Part shown: in pieces, positions 14,170 to 28,487 of the stretch
Layout of the letters: each line of letters begins with the position of its first letter
Position numbering within the stretch: position 1 is the first letter of the stretch
NCBI GenBank assembly: GCA_951406725.2
Contig: OX597821.1
Span: 9,300,001-9,364,000, forward strand
Source: Octopus vulgaris
Taxonomy: Eukaryota
Direction: 5' to 3'
Length of the DNA: 64,000 nucleotides
Made by a program: the position numbers and the translations under genes
The notes under the pieces: generated by a model
Seen by the model: only the letters and a program-made list of their open reading frames with translations
Database searches by the model: none
What the model was told of the DNA's origin: nothing

Positions 14170-15000
14170 TCTTTGAGATATGCGTTAATCGCTCTTTATA
14201 ACATTCTAATTCACTAGTATATTACTTATCGTCCCCAAAAACATGAAAAGCGCAGTTAATTCCGTATATAAAAAAATAGTCGGAATATCTTGCTTCTTCA
14301 GTTTTATGTTGTTTTAACGGCGCTGTCACCAAACCTTATATATATTCGTGATGGCAAAGTTATCAATAATTGGATTTAAACTTATTTTACTAGTTGTGTG
14401 AACTAATGTAATAATAAGTATACAGAAGAGATTTAGGTATATAACGTATAGAAGGATTTCAAATTATAGTTACCTTCTTATTCATCTGTTCATCAAAACC
14501 TTTCTCAATATACATCCAGTTCAATATTTCACTTAATAAGTGAACGGTTGTCAGACATTCTTTTCTTCGTAGTGATATCGTCTCCTGGGTACTGGTTGTC
14601 TATAAAAAAAATGAGTACACATTTCATCCTTCGATCTTATAGCACACTTTACAAAAATCCGAAATGAGAGCAGTGACTGTTATCTAAGAAATATTTCTAT
14701 AATTTAGTGATCATCTTCGGTAAGGTGTAACACATAGATTAAGATGCGTTTATAGCTATCAGTTAAAAGTGGCGCTACAACATTTCATAGCTACTGCACC
14801 TTTACATTAGTGGTGAAACGAGTTTGAAAAACCAAGATAATTCCGTACAAAATTTATTTGTAAATTGTAATTAGGGGCACCAGGATTCAGTAAATTAATG
14901 TACTTATGTACAGCATTCTTTCAGTCCAAGAATAAAGGGATTGTATGTCAGAAATTCAACTCCGTACAACTGCTATTTTTCACCTGGGATTTTTTTTAGA
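12150..15000 (-). pseudogene. Possible highly decayed LRR-protein (TLR-like ectodomain) remnant
   Basis: Scattered minus-strand LRR-like peptides across frames: FDKLEVSKN, FEQLYISK, LFLNNCTIKY, NLNLVDLLDTM*YISFNAL, SFYDNKIFVI, SLSL*DLWQNN. Many stops. Confidence 0.35.
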
Positions 15001-15813
15001 ATATAATTTAATTTACTGATATCACATTACATTTAACTCTAGATGTCGGCATACAAAGATAATCGTATGATTTGGTATGTGTTAGTCAAAGAAACAATCC
15101 TTTTGACAATCTATCAGGGCCGAACCTATCTATTAAGTTAGTCTTCGGATACTAATAATATTATAGTCTAAAATTAATAATAAAAAAACAATATGCGCAT
15201 TATACGCGGAAGACGAAAATGGTTTTTCCATTCATCTGAATAAAGGCAATCGGATTCTGGTATTCAAAATCATCAAAATAAAATTTGTATGCATAATGTT
15301 ATTAAGTACATCGCATTGGTTTTCAATTTAAGTAAAAGACCAGCAATTTGAGGAGTAAGTCGTTTACATAACAAAAAGCAAAGTCGGCCTCTGCGGAATC
15401 TCAACTCAGAAGGATTTAGTTGCAAAAAATCCGCTAGGCTTTACGTATGTTTCGCATTGCTATCTGGTACTGATGTCCAATAGAGGATGCACTTGAGGAG
15501 CTAAGGTGCATTAAACAATAATGTTGCTTGTTAAACGTTTCCGCTTTGCCAAACTTCTATGAGAATGTTTTAAGAGTTCGACTAACTCTCAGATATATTT
15601 TACTTGCTTTTTAGTTTGGTTTTTTACTCACTCAACTCAAATATAGATCAAAACGTATTTCTCGAAACAAAATAATGTCTGTTGATACATTTAAATAATT
15701 ATATAGTATTCAACAAAAACTCTTGTCTGAAACACACTTTAGTGTCTGCACAGATAAACCCGTCTAATAATATGCGTCTCCATACTTTTGAGTGTATGCA
15801 TGTATGTATATGT

Positions 15814-16198
15814 AGTGGAGGCGCAATGCCCCAGTGGTTAGGGCAGCGGACTCGCGGTCGTAGGATAGCGGTTTCGATTCCCAGACCGGGCGTTGTGAGT
15901 GTTTATTGAGCGAAAACACCTAAAGCTCCACGACGCTCCGGCAGGGGATGGTGGTGATCCCTGCTATACTCTTTCACCACAACTTTCTCTCACTCTTACT
16001 TCCTGTTTCTGTTGTACCTGTATTTCAAAGGGCCGGCCTTGTCACTCTCTGTGTCACGTTGAATATCCCCGAGAACTACGTTAAGGGTACACGTGTCTGT
16101 GGAGTGCTCAGCTACTTACACGTTAATTTCACGAGCAGGCTGTTCCGTTGATCGGATCAACCGGAACCCTCATCGTCGTGACCGACGGAGTGCTTCCA
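15814..16198 (+). mobile_element. Full-length tRNA-derived SINE family X
   Basis: A/B boxes; near-identical to 34217-34604 and 57261-57645; target-site duplication (TSD) ATGTATATGTA at 15804-15814 and 16203-16213. Confidence 0.9.
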
Positions 16199-16904
16199 AC
16201 AAATGTATATGTATACGTGTGTGTGTGTGTATCTGTGTGTGCACATTGGTATTACTGGGGATGCTTCTGACATGTACCTAATTTGTGTTTTACCAACATT
16301 GGACAGAATAATTTATGATCAGAAGATATTTACTTAAAACATTCTTTACGAGAGTTTCAATGGTCTCGTAGTTTAGTTTAGGTAACGAAATCCTTCGATT
16401 GAGAAAAAAGACATTTTCGCCACATGCAAAATCATTTATATCTACATTTCATTTATTGAGATATTTATTGAGATAAGCATTTTGTGTTCGTTGCAGGTTA
16501 AAAACAGCTAAATATATACATATTTAATATTCTTTATATTTTGGGCACAATGGCTCAAATTCTTTGTGGGGACGCCAAACAGCACTAAATACATAAATTA
16601 ACTTATGCAGCAGCATTGATAAATATACTCACATTAGTGTCTTCTGCTTTATATTCTTTTCGTAAAATCGGAAATTTTTCATAAAATTCTTGAAATACCT
16701 CCAGTAAGACAATGATAAGGAAATCCCTTAAATATAAATAATATGGATCAAATATACCAGTGAGACTGACTGAAACAGAAGCGAATCAAACTTTCATATG
16801 AGACATATGTTGTTAGACTTCCTTATCTTGTATGTATGTATGTATGTATGTATGTATGTATGTATGTATGTATGTATGCATGTATGCATGCATGTGTGTA
16901 TGCA

Positions 16905-16965
<61 letters not shown>

Positions 16966-17190
16966 TTAGAGATAAAACCACTATTGGGCAAATCAAACAG
17001 TGAAAATCATAAGCCAATACATAAAATTAATTTAAAAATATAAAAGTTAAAAATTAAAAAAATATTTAAATAGTTTAAACTTATAAATTTTAAATATATA
17101 TAAATATATATATATATATGTATGTATATTTTTATATTTATATATTATTATATTTATTAATTTATATTTATTTTTTATTTATTTTTTTAT

Positions 17191-17258
17191 TATATAAATA
17201 TCAAAAGTATTAAAAGTTTAATAAAAGATTAACTTTTAATACTTTTGATATTTATATA
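17191..17258. repeat. 28-bp perfect inverted repeat next to (TA)n
   Basis: TATATAAATATCAAAAGTATTAAAAGTT (17191-17218) and its reverse complement (17231-17258), 12-nt loop. Confidence 0.8.
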
Positions 17259-17311
17259 TATATATAATATTATATATATATATATATATAATATTTATAT
17301 ATATATATAAA

Positions 17312-17351
<40 letters not shown>

Positions 17352-17356
17352 TATAT

Positions 17357-17424
<68 letters not shown>

Positions 17425-17425
<1 letters not shown>

Positions 17426-19965
17426 TTTACATGCCGTGACCCGTTGGGTCACAACCACTCCGAGTTGAAAATGTCGATACGTATCAGGAAAGGGAAGAAT
17501 AATATTTCAAACTTCATGTAACAAAATTCTTAAATAATACACTGCTCCTGCCTTTCAGATGACTACATAAACATGACCGATTTAAATGACCGTTCAAATG
17601 GCCTTCGACTATTCCTTGCTTCTTTGTCATTCTTTCTTACTACTGTTCCAAGTGTAATAGATGGATACTTTAGCATAAACACATGTCTATGCAAATTACT
17701 CATTGATGCACAATGGAAAAGAATCTGTCAGAGCTGTTCTCGTATGTTGTTCATTGACAGTATATATATCCCCATGATTTCTAAACAATATGCCTGGATG
17801 ACGTATTAATAACTTATAGGAGATAAGAAGTTAATTGGTAAAAATATAAAATTAAGAAATCATAAAAAAAAAATAATAATAATAATAACAATAATAAAGT
17901 ATAGAGAATAATTAGAAAATATATATGACTTACAATATATAATAGTAGGGGGTAAGGTCACATCATATACTACACTGAAATTAATTTCCCTTATCCAGGT
18001 TCAAGTGCAACACCTATAAACTCTAATTTCGAAAATATTTAAATACAGGGATGACCCTGTGATACCCATGATACCCTTAGGTCTAATCTATTATTAACCA
18101 GGCTGCTCTTGCTGCTATGCTTAAAAATGTCATAAGTTCCCATAGAACACAGCTCGCACCCGTATTGATTATCTCTGTAAGGCTGCGCTTGCCTTGTAAT
18201 AATTCCATTTAAGGCTAAATTCGATTCCGCTTTCCCAAATCTTGCTAGATAAGGACGTACAATTGGCCTTATGTTTGAACCTAAAAGATGAAAAATAGTT
18301 ATTAATATGTTTTTTCATATTTATCGAACATCCTTCATATACAACGTTACCAGCAAAGTTACAAATATACATATACAAAGTTACAAAGTTACAGTTGTGA
18401 TTGTACACTTATAGATTACGTTTTTGGTTAGACATTGGCCTAATAAAGGATAGTGGGATTTAACCCTACAATTGCATCTAGGAGAATTACTACTATTAAT
18501 ATTACTGATATTCATACCGTTATCATTATTATTAATATTACTATTAATATTAATCCTACTACTACTATTGTATGTATTATTTTCATATCTGGTACTATCT
18601 CTCCATCCTTGAATTGCAGTATCATTCATAATCACCCCAATATCATCAGACGTACTAGTAGTCCCTGTGCTAGTATGGACCTCAGTGTTCCACTGGTTCT
18701 ATTCTACGTCACCATTAATATTATTATTCACATTGTAAGAGTTTAAGTTAGTGTTGATATTAATATTATTATAATTATTAGTACTTATTGCTAATTTAAA
18801 ATTCTTCCTATTTAACTTTGCTATGATGGTACCCATATTGGGGAGAGTAGAGTATGATTTTATAATTGTCTTACGGGAAAAAAATTTCTTACTATTCTCT
18901 ATAATTTCTTATTATTCTGTTTTCTTATTTTGATACCTTTACCTATTAACCTCTTATCTCTTTCAAATTATTAATATTCTTAAAGAGAAATATAAAGTTT
19001 CTAGTTACTTAAGTCTAGAAGAGTTGAGTATAACATACCCATAATAAATTACAAATACTTGTGTATATTTGCATGTGTTCACATAGTTAAATACGTGTAT
19101 GTACCTGTGCACGACTTATTTTCCCGACGTTTTTCTGATAATTACTATACAGATAGCATGATTTATCACCCCAGTATTACATAAGTAAATACACAGCGCA
19201 ATCTCTATAGAAACCACCTTATAAGTAAATAATAAAGTACAAGAATGACTATCAAACTAATTCTATGTAATCTTCCCTTTCTAATGTTGAAAATTGGTAT
19301 ATATACACAGTTTATCTATTCTGCTTCTAATATCATTTTTAGTAATCTTAAATGTTATCTTCATACAACATAACAATATTGTTTATATACAATCCTTCAT
19401 TGTACCCCATGAAAATTTTCTTTGTATTAACATCATAGGTTTTATTAGCGTCTTGCACTGTTAACTGGCAATTAACATCTTGATTTAGGGTCTTCCTATA
19501 ACCAGCCTCCTTTATAGAGAACTATTTATACATTTCTTAAAATCCTGACAATATTTATGACCATACCTAAATATAAACTGTCATCTCACTCCGTCTATCC
19601 GTTCTAAACAGACACTGTCCTTTAGTCTTAGATTTGGTTGTTGATTAAAAAAAGACTAGCCAATTAAAAATGAACTGCAACCCTTTACATGCTATGACCC
19701 TAACAAACTTCATATAGTTCTTAAAAGTGTAGTATATTCTAAGCTACATTAGTAGCAACATACACATTTCCCCTCTTCTTGCTCTATTAGAGAATTTGAG
19801 TAAAAATTATATTAATGTGTCCAACTGATTAAAAATTATATTTATTTATGCAGCTGAGAATAGCCCTGCAATTAAATTGATGTTATGATTGCATTGTTCA
19901 ATTAAATAGAGCCGGTTGAAGCGGTCGTACTCCATCACCTCTTGATATCCAATTGCTTATTTTGA
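17425..19965 (-). mobile_element. Degenerate Penelope-like element with CxC..CPLxGxC linker and GIY-YIG endonuclease
   Basis: Minus strand: KTIIKSYSTLPNMGTIIAKLN (~18810-18880), an Asn-rich linker, CNCRVKSHYPLLGQCLTKNVIYKCT, then YEGCS...SSFRFKHKANCTSLSSKIW...LKW. Bounded by (TA)n on both sides. Confidence 0.75.
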
Positions 19966-20029
19966 TTTTATATATTATATATATATATATATATAAAGAG
20001 AGAGAGAGAGAGAGAGAGAGAGATTAAAA

Positions 20030-21330
20030 TTTATAGAAAAATGATGAAGACAAGTGTACGAACAACAAGGTGCATTAGTTTGAAAAATGTCTTTTACATT
20101 TCAAGCATACACTTCTCAACGGAAAGGAATAAGAGAAAATATACAGAACAGGAATGAGAAAAGAATATGGATTTAGTGGTCAAGCATAGCGACTGATTAG
20201 AAAAAGTTTGAAAGAAGAGGTTCAAAGAAGTGGAGGTAATAAATTATTGGTGATCCCAAAACGAGGTGCGCGTGCGTAGGTGTGTATATATGAGAATGTG
20301 TAATTGTGTGTGTGTTCGTGTGTGTCGATAGGGGCTAGTGATTTTGACGTGTGTGGTTGTGTGTGTGTAAGTGTGTGCGTCTGTAACGTATGTTTACTAA
20401 TATAGTGGTATATGTGGTGACATTATGGAATATTGTGTGTGGGTGTGTGGAAGATGGCTTTTGGGTTTGCGGATGGTGTGTGGTGTGGATGCTGAGTTGT
20501 GGTCGATGCTAGTCTGTGAGGAGGGATTTGTGGTAGTGTGGTGTGGTAAGGTTGCGTGGTAGTATGGTGGTGTGGTGTGTGCGGAGGCGAAGGTTTTTAT
20601 CAATGAAGAAAGAAGGTGGGTAGGAGTGAAGAGAGGTAGTAGGTGTCAGATGAAGAGACGAGAGGAGGGGAGTTGAGACCATGTGGCCCAAAAGAGCGAA
20701 GAGAGAAGATGAAATTCTTGTTCACGGTGAAGGCGGAAGTCCGGATGGCACCTGTGCAAAGCCAGTCTGAAAGCAGATAGGCGTTGTAGTGCGTGGCCGA
20801 CAGAGTGCAAATGGCGCGAGAGCGGAATGTCATTGCCGTGTGTAATGTTTCGTAGGTATTCCGCAAACCGGTCAGCCAAACGGCATCCCGTTTGACCGTT
20901 GTACGGAGAAGGGCAGAAAGAACAGGAGATGCGGTAAATGGCGTTGTTAGAAGTGCAGGAAAAGGAGTCGGTGATATGATAGGGACGATGATGGGTGCTT
21001 CTGTGGATGGTGTTGTTGGAGAAGTAGGGGCAAGTACAGGAGCGTGAGCGGAGACAGGGGAACCAGTCAGGTTGGGAGGTAGGGCTAGGGAAGAAACTGT
21101 AGGTCACGTAGGTTGTAGGCTCGTTTGAATGAAGGAAGTGGTAGGTTGGGGAAGGTAAGCGAGGTGGAAGGGTCGGACTGGAGTCGCCGTAAGGCTCGGA
21201 GAATGATGTGTTGGTAGGGCAGGATGGAGGATCGGTAGGTGGGGGAAATATGAAACGAGCAATAGCGGGCCGGGTGCGGCGAGAGAGAGCTGAGGCACGA
21301 TGTATGAATGTACATAAATGTGTTTTTGAG
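20030..21330 (-). mobile_element. 5'-truncated Neptune-like Penelope element (RT thumb, Cys linker, GIY-YIG)
   Basis: PLPSFKRAYNLRDL; CLRSRSCTCPY; FSCTSNNAIYRISCSFC..YNGQTGCRLADRFAEY; REQEF..LRSFGPHGLN. Decayed hammerhead-like 3' end near 20085-20125. Confidence 0.85.
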
Positions 21331-21479
21331 TCTGTGTGTGTTCATATATGCCTGCGCATGCGTGTGTGCGTGTGTGGATGCACGTGCGTTTTTAATTTAT
21401 AATATGAACCAATGAGTGCATATCTGCATAACTCAACATTAGAAAGAAGCCCGTCGTATGTGTTATTGTGTGCGTCCGT

Positions 21480-21720
21480 GAGTGTGTGAGTGTTTGTGTC
21501 AATGTTTGTCCCTTACTGCCGTTTGACAACCAATGTTGGTGTTCTTACATCCCTGTAACCCAGCGTCTCGGCAGAAATTACCGTTCGAGTAAGTAACATG
21601 CTTAAAGGAAAAAACTAAATCTAAATATGTACTGTTTCGATTCAATGGAGTAAAAATTCTTCAAGTTGGATTCCCTGCATGGCCGGAGTCTCACAACTGA
21701 AACAAGTTGGAGATAAAAGG
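21480..21720 (+). mobile_element. Degenerate 3' half of SINE family Y
   Basis: TTGACAACCAATGTTGGTGTTCTTACATCCCTGTAAC...ACTGAAACAAG resembles the family Y 3' region. Confidence 0.6.
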
Positions 21721-22639
21721 TAATGGTTTAAGATACAAGAACCCTGAATCAAATTTATAAAACCTTGCTGTAATTCTTGCAACACAGAAAATCAGTTAAA
21801 TTTATGTTTAGAATTAACTCCATCCGTGCATTATACTCTACGTAGCTCAGACATCTGAGCAATTTGCTTCTGAAAAAAAACAATAGTGTATAGGGAATAC
21901 ACTCAATTGTTTCCCGAACATTGTATACATCTACAAAGGTAACATTTGTATCACTACCGACTGAAGCAATTGATGTGGAACATGTAAAATTCATTAAAAA
22001 CAGATAACTTAGACTACAAGTATACACAACTTTACCGTACATGTTGGAAGTGATTAAAAGCAAATTATGAACAATATCAACTATTTTATGAACGATATTT
22101 CTCGTGAGATATCATTCCTATATTCATATTTTGTCAAGTACACTTCTTTCGAGTATATAATATATTTTTCTCTGTGACAAAGTGGGAAATGACATAAACT
22201 AAGGAATTAAAACTTTAAACAGTTTTGCAATGAGATTAAAAAGGAACAATGATTATATAATAACTCACCCAATATCGGTTCCAGTAATAAGATTGCTTAA
22301 ATTGATCATGAGTTTTACGTCCTCTATCGTGAAAGTAAACGTTTCCACTGATTTATCGCTCTTCTTCAATATATCATCAAATATTCGAGCCAGAAATAAC
22401 TGTAAGAAGATCAGGGAAGCTAAATAAACTCCGTGTCATGACGGACACAAAAACTAATTCATCTGCAGAAGTAACCTAGAATAAATAGACTAACATATGA
22501 TGAGTTTGAATAACAAATCTCATACAGTGATGAATAAATATACGCTTTTGCTTTCACATAAGAATATATAGTAACAGTTTTACTGGCATAGCCAGGTAGG
22601 TCAGGTGTGTAGGTATGCGCCATTGTAGCTCGTTGCTGC

Positions 22640-23250
22640 ATTTACCATCTTTCGATTTATTCCCGAGTCTTTCCGAGCGAATCGTCTAGAAAGTCAGTCT
22701 AGATCACTGCGTGATACTTCCTCATCTGCAGTGATTATGTGACATGTGGTCACCCAACACGTGCCGTCAACGCGGCTGAATCTTCGGTGAAAAAATGGAC
22801 CTCACTCGGAAAAATAGAGCAATGTAACGAGAGAGTCGGAAGTGTCCCTCCCGAACTAAAAATCCCCTATAATCCTGCGAAGCGTTCTAGTACCAAAGGA
22901 TATGAAGCGGCGCCTAAGTGACCTTAAGGCTGCCCAAATCTCACAACTGTTAAGCAGACAGGGAGGATCAGAGCCCCAGAAACACGAAATTTTGTTCTCC
23001 TGCAGAAGTATGGGTAGCGCCAAACACCCGTGTTCAATGAATCCACAAGTGCACATGGTCGTCCAAGTCTTTTTAGGACTATGAATATCACATCCGAGAT
23101 TTGTGAAGCGGTAAACAATTTGACATTTTGTCCTGCAACAAATACAGATAAAATGGAATCATCCAAGAAGCCAATGAAGGACAGGATATTTGTCTTGACC
23201 CATGGAATTTTAATGTCAAGTGAGTCTGCTTCCTTTCTCAATGAAAAGAG
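22640..23250 (-). pseudogene. Degenerate RTE-clade LINE 3' fragment
   Basis: IKIPWVKTNILSF...RLGRPCALVDSLNTGVWR..CRRTKFRV..LPVCL..CEIW..LRRIIG, typical RTE RT C-terminal motifs. Confidence 0.7.
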
Positions 23251-23899
23251 AACACTTTTTCAGATATCCAGAGAATCACAAGAATAACAGTTTTATCAAG
23301 AAAATAATAAGTGATGGTAGCTGTGATGTAGGTGTTGTTGGTGGTGGTGGTGTTAGTGAGGGTGGTGGTGGTGGGGATTTGGTGGCGATGAAGATAATAG
23401 AAATCGCTATGGTAACCACAACATTAATGTTGCTGCTTTTGTTGCTGTTCTTTTAGTTCTTGGGTCTCCGTATCTATTAATCTCTGTCCCGATTAATCTA
23501 TATTTATTTTACGATACATTTTCGACTGAGTTTTGACTGAATGTTTGAAATTTGGTGTTTATCTATGTCTTTACAGATCAATAGGAATAAAGACATTTTT
23601 TTCCCAATATCAATACGTTCTCTCTATTAATAGCACATTTAATATCGCAAAAGCATTGACACAAAGAGAATATTTTTCTCCAAACTACAACAAAAATATT
23701 TTAATAAGTTCATCACCACCAACAAATATACACCAGTCAAGAACAACAGAAAGAGTAACACGCAACGTCAACAGCAGCAGCAACCACACTAGTAATTTAA
23801 GGATGCTACGCTGAGGCATCAACAGCGATAGCTATCTCAAACAAAATATGTGTAAGTGAAATAACAACATTAATAACGATTGTTATATGGTATATTTTA

Positions 23900-24830
23900 T
23901 GCGCAACTCCATTGTCTCCCTCGTGTATGGATACAGTATCGGGTTTCTGAATTTGTTTATTATCGCATTGGATTATGGTGCCCTAAAGGATCTTAACTCT
24001 CACATATCCTAGCACTTACTTTCAATTCCTACATGATACACAGTTTCCAAGGGTTTATTTTGCGGAAATGTCATGTCTTCTTTTGTGATTTTGTAATCTA
24101 GAGAGTAGTATTCACTTAAAATATGCAATACCGTCTCTCCAGTTTCGCTGCACTTCTGTATTTGCCACATTCTGTTCGCCGATCAATTTTGTACTGGATG
24201 TAGTTAGTTTTAATTTTTCTGACTGTTCTTGTGCTGTACATATCAAGATCTGTGTCTCAGTTTCCATGTCGATTTGTTTTGCAAGTGCAGCCGTCTAGGT
24301 CTGTGTCCTTTGATAATTCTCGCAAGAACTAACTGTCTTTCTTTCCATCTTTCCAGCTGTTTTCCCACTTCGTTTGAATCTCCATTTTGATATTCATTTC
24401 TTCTGTTTCCTTCATGCTATAGAAGTGCCTTACCAAATTTTACAAGTGATGCTTCTTTTGCATTCTGTATTTATCAAGCAATATCGTCTTCCAATTTTTA
24501 TCCGACTACACCTCTCAAAATGTCTCAGTTCATTCATTGCTTCCTTTCTGGTGAAACGCAGCAAGTATTGTTAATTATTTTCTTGCTTCCTTTTCTAAGG
24601 TTTCAGTTTCCTCTGTTAGCAATGGTATCATTCCTGCGCCATATCTCAAGAGAGCAATTACCCATGAACTTATTCCTCCAATTCAATTGATACTTTAAGA
24701 ACAATTTCAGTTTTTTGTAATACTTCTGAAAAAATATCCTCATTTGGTGTTCCTCAATTCAGTAATTTCCAATATGCCCAGATATGTATATCATTCATTT
24801 TCTGTTGCTTCGATACATTTCCCGTGGGCA
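23900..24830 (-). pseudogene. Degenerate R4/Dong-like fragment
   Basis: Minus strand encodes GISSWVIALLRYGAGMIP..EETETLEKEARK and QIQKPDT; many disruptions. Confidence 0.65.
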
Positions 24831-24879
24831 GTCAAGGGAGATTATGTGAGTGTTGTGTAGCAAGTCATTTATCGGCGGT

Positions 24880-25450
24880 AATATGACGTGATGGTCATGT
24901 TGGTCGAATAGGTATAATTGCTAATTTCCCGTTGGTTAAAATTACTGCTCATATTTAAATTCTAACTTTCGTCAAAGAAATCTTTCGTGAAAAACGGTTC
25001 TTAGAATTCATGAATGAGCAGTTATAAAAACCCTGATTTTGAGGAAATTAATCAGTGCTCGTTGGTTGTCACTCGATTCTACAATACACACTCTCTTGAG
25101 CTATCGGCTATTGTTATGCCATGTCATTTATCTAATTCAACAAGGCTATTTTGAATTGTTGTTTAAAACTCTTATAGCTTAGCTATGGAAGCATTAGTTA
25201 ATATGAGTTTAATATCGTAATTCTCTACAACAGTCTTCTTTTGGCTTATAAAATATGCTGTAAATATTAAATGTACGCAAATAAACTAATTTAGAAATTA
25301 ATTTCTTTTCCTTCATTTTCTTTAACATGTTGATGCAATTTATTTCTGTAACTATGAAACTGTTATTATAGCGGTGAAATGAGCGAACTTTATCTTCTTC
25401 ATCATACATGCACCTTCAGCGTTCCGATGTGTATAATTCACCACAGAGTT
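24880..25450 (-). pseudogene. Decayed LRR remnant (may continue at ~21750-22600 beyond LINE insertions)
   Basis: KLVYLRTFNIYS (ORF 25209-25409), NSLVELD, and SLTKVR/LNMSSN across a 1-nt frameshift fit LxxLxxLxLxxN. Confidence 0.45.
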
Positions 25451-26166
25451 TACGCAGATTGAGTTAAGTATGGTGATAAATACCTATAATTAAGTTATAA
25501 GTGGGGGGTTTATCAACATAGATTCCTACTCAAGAAATAATCATATTTATTATCTCTTCCAAGAGAAAACCGTTATAAACTGGCGACTCCCATCGTTATA
25601 AATTAGATAATCAACCACCGTTATATGAGATTATTTGAATATATCAATGTATTATTACGTCACTTATTATGTCACTTATGGCCCATGTCTTGGTCCAAGA
25701 CAAGGGACACAATTCCTAATCTGTATTCAGTTTTAAAGCACGAGCGATACGTTATAGCTGATGTTGTTGCAGAGGAATTTTTTCCATGAAATAGACAAAA
25801 AAAAAAGAACTATTCAAGAATACTTCGCAAGGAATCATATAAAGTTGACCTAAATGAAAATACTATTCAAAATAAAGCATATTTTATTGAGCAATAAAAT
25901 ATCACAGATGCATATTGAAAAAGAAAAAAAATGTTTATGTACTTACCTTAGGAAACACTTTACGTAAAGCAGTGGAATCATACACAACGTACTCAGGACC
26001 TGTCGTTCTGGGAAGGTTCCCTTTCAGCTAAAGGAAAATACAGTGGAATAAACATTTCGTACAAATTTGTAGGTGACACGTAATTATGATATTTCCACTC
26101 AGATTATAACAAATACAATATGTATGTGCTTGTGTGTGCGTGTCTATGTGTGCATGTTTGTGTGTG

Positions 26167-26206
<40 letters not shown>

Positions 26207-26487
26207 TGCCTGCGTGTGTGCGTAGATATTTATATACATACAAATTTAAAATCTATGTATTTAGCTGCATCTACATCTCGTGGTATCGATGGTCACGGTG
26301 TAAAACTTACCAATTCGTAGTCGCCGTAAGGTGTAGACGGCTCATTTATTGATGGATATAGTTATTGTCACATTCATCGCAAAATCACCTATGCGTATAT
26401 TCATAAAACACCGTGATTTCAGTTCTTTACAGAAATATTCTTATCCGTATGTAAAAATTACCGTTTTGATAATAACTAACATAATAT

Positions 26488-26617
26488 TTTCTACTATAGG
26501 CACAAGGCCTGAAATTTGTGGGGAAGGGAGTAGTCGATTATATCGACCCTACTGTTTCACTAGTACTCATTTTATCGACCTAGAAAAGATGGAAGGCAAA
26601 GTCGACCTCGGCGGAAT
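26488..26617 (-). mobile_element. 3' part of SINE family Z
   Basis: Reverse complement of CCGAGGTCGACTTTGCCTTCCATCTTTTCTAGGTCGATAAAATGAGTAC. Confidence 0.75.
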
Positions 26618-27234
26618 AGATAACGTCTAACATAATAAAACAAACTATGCATTGCAAAACAGACGGCATTCTCACAAAAATTATTAAGATTTAAATAGTT
26701 TGGAAAAGTATGCGATATGGATCGTACATTTAGATTTCATTCATCTATATTTTTTATTCAGTACTTCGCCCTACATATAAGTTATAATAAAATGCAATGT
26801 GTACCTCATCGGCTACGTCGGGAAACAAAGAGTGGGTCAACAAATGGAAAGAAAATGGGTGATAGTCAGACACGGTGAAGGCAGGACTACAGAATTCAAA
26901 TGTTTTGCTCAAAATAAACAAAAACGTTTATTGTAAATACTATTTAGTTGGTACTTTTACCCACAGACACACATACACACATATATGTAGAAAATTAAAT
27001 AGTAAAAATTAATAAGATATCAACTTTCATATCACATATATATAAATCTTAAATAAACGAATGTGTGTGTGTATACGAGAGAGTTGACAGCCAGAAGTAA
27101 AGGCACTCAACATGAGTTGTTGCGGGTTATGTGTATTAATCGAATCACTTTAATTTGGATAATCACGTATGATGGTCTTTCTTATCAGGTGCCTTAGAAT
27201 TTGAAATCTGAAGTAGCACGGAATCTGAATCAAT

Positions 27235-27384
27235 CGTGGCTGTGTGGTAAGAAGCTTGCTTCCCAACAAGAATGTTCTAGTTTCAGTCCTACCACGTGGC
27301 GACGTGGAAAGTATCTTCCTCTATAGCTTCGGGCCGACCAAGACATTTTAAGTGGATTTGGTGGACGGAAACTGAAAGAAACCC

Positions 27385-27461
<77 letters not shown>

Positions 27462-27704
27462 GTATGTATAAGTATATGTTTTAGTGGGCGTGTGTTTCTA
27501 AGTTTGTACCCCCGCAAACACGTGACAAATAAATTTGGTGTGTTTACGCCCCTGTAAGTTAGCGGACAGCAAAAGGCTCCGATAACATAAGAACTAGACT
27601 TACAAAGAAAAAGTCCACGGGACGATTTGTTAGATTAAACGCGGCGCCTCAGCATGGCAGCAGTCAAATGAGTGAAACAAGGAAAAGGATAAAAGACTAA
27701 AAGA
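27235..27704 (+). mobile_element. SINE family Y
   Basis: GTGGCTGTGTGGTAAG head, internal (TA)n, 3' CAGTCAAATGAGTGAAACAAG; homologous to 2831-3259. Confidence 0.8.
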
Positions 27705-28130
27705 ATGTATATGCTTACATGTGTTTTTTTAATATATGTGTATATATATATACGTTCATATACTCAGATATTTTAATGCTAATCAATAGTGGTTTTACCA
27801 GGTAGCAAGTGTGAAATGAAAATAAACCTTTTAGGTTAATTTTACAAAGTATTGTATAATTCTATACATAATTAAATTTATACACACATATGTACACACA
27901 CACACACACACACACACACATTTTGTGTGTCTCTCTGTCTATCTGTGTTTACATCTATTCTGTTTAAGTCGAAACTTTTTATGTGTAAACATATGCACGT
28001 TTTCTAATAAATGCATATAATATTGTTTTGTATATCGATTTGCCTACTTTGATTAGCGTCACATTTACTCCTCTACCTGCTCAAGTTTATATCTCTTGAA
28101 CACTACAAAGTCTATTCTATAGGGAGAACG

Positions 28131-28169
<39 letters not shown>

Positions 28170-28182
28170 GTATATAAATATG

Positions 28183-28238
<56 letters not shown>

Positions 28239-28436
28239 AGATAAGAAAATGGAGAAATACATCTAAATCAAATATCAATTACCAGATAATACTCAATCAC
28301 ATACTTTAGTAAACCACCACATAAGAGACTGTAGGGTTAAACATAAAAAAGCAGAATAAATCAGTGTACATAAAAGAGTAATGTTGTATAATAAGTTGAA
28401 TACATATAAAATGAGAATATAACCCCTATCTCAATT

Positions 28437-28483
<47 letters not shown>

Positions 28484-28487
<4 letters not shown>

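Noticed and set aside
15814-15890. tRNA-like sequences at SINE heads (also 1081, 34217, 56708, 57645)
   Set aside because: They have A/B boxes but no proper acceptor stem and continue into repeat bodies; not called as tRNA genes.
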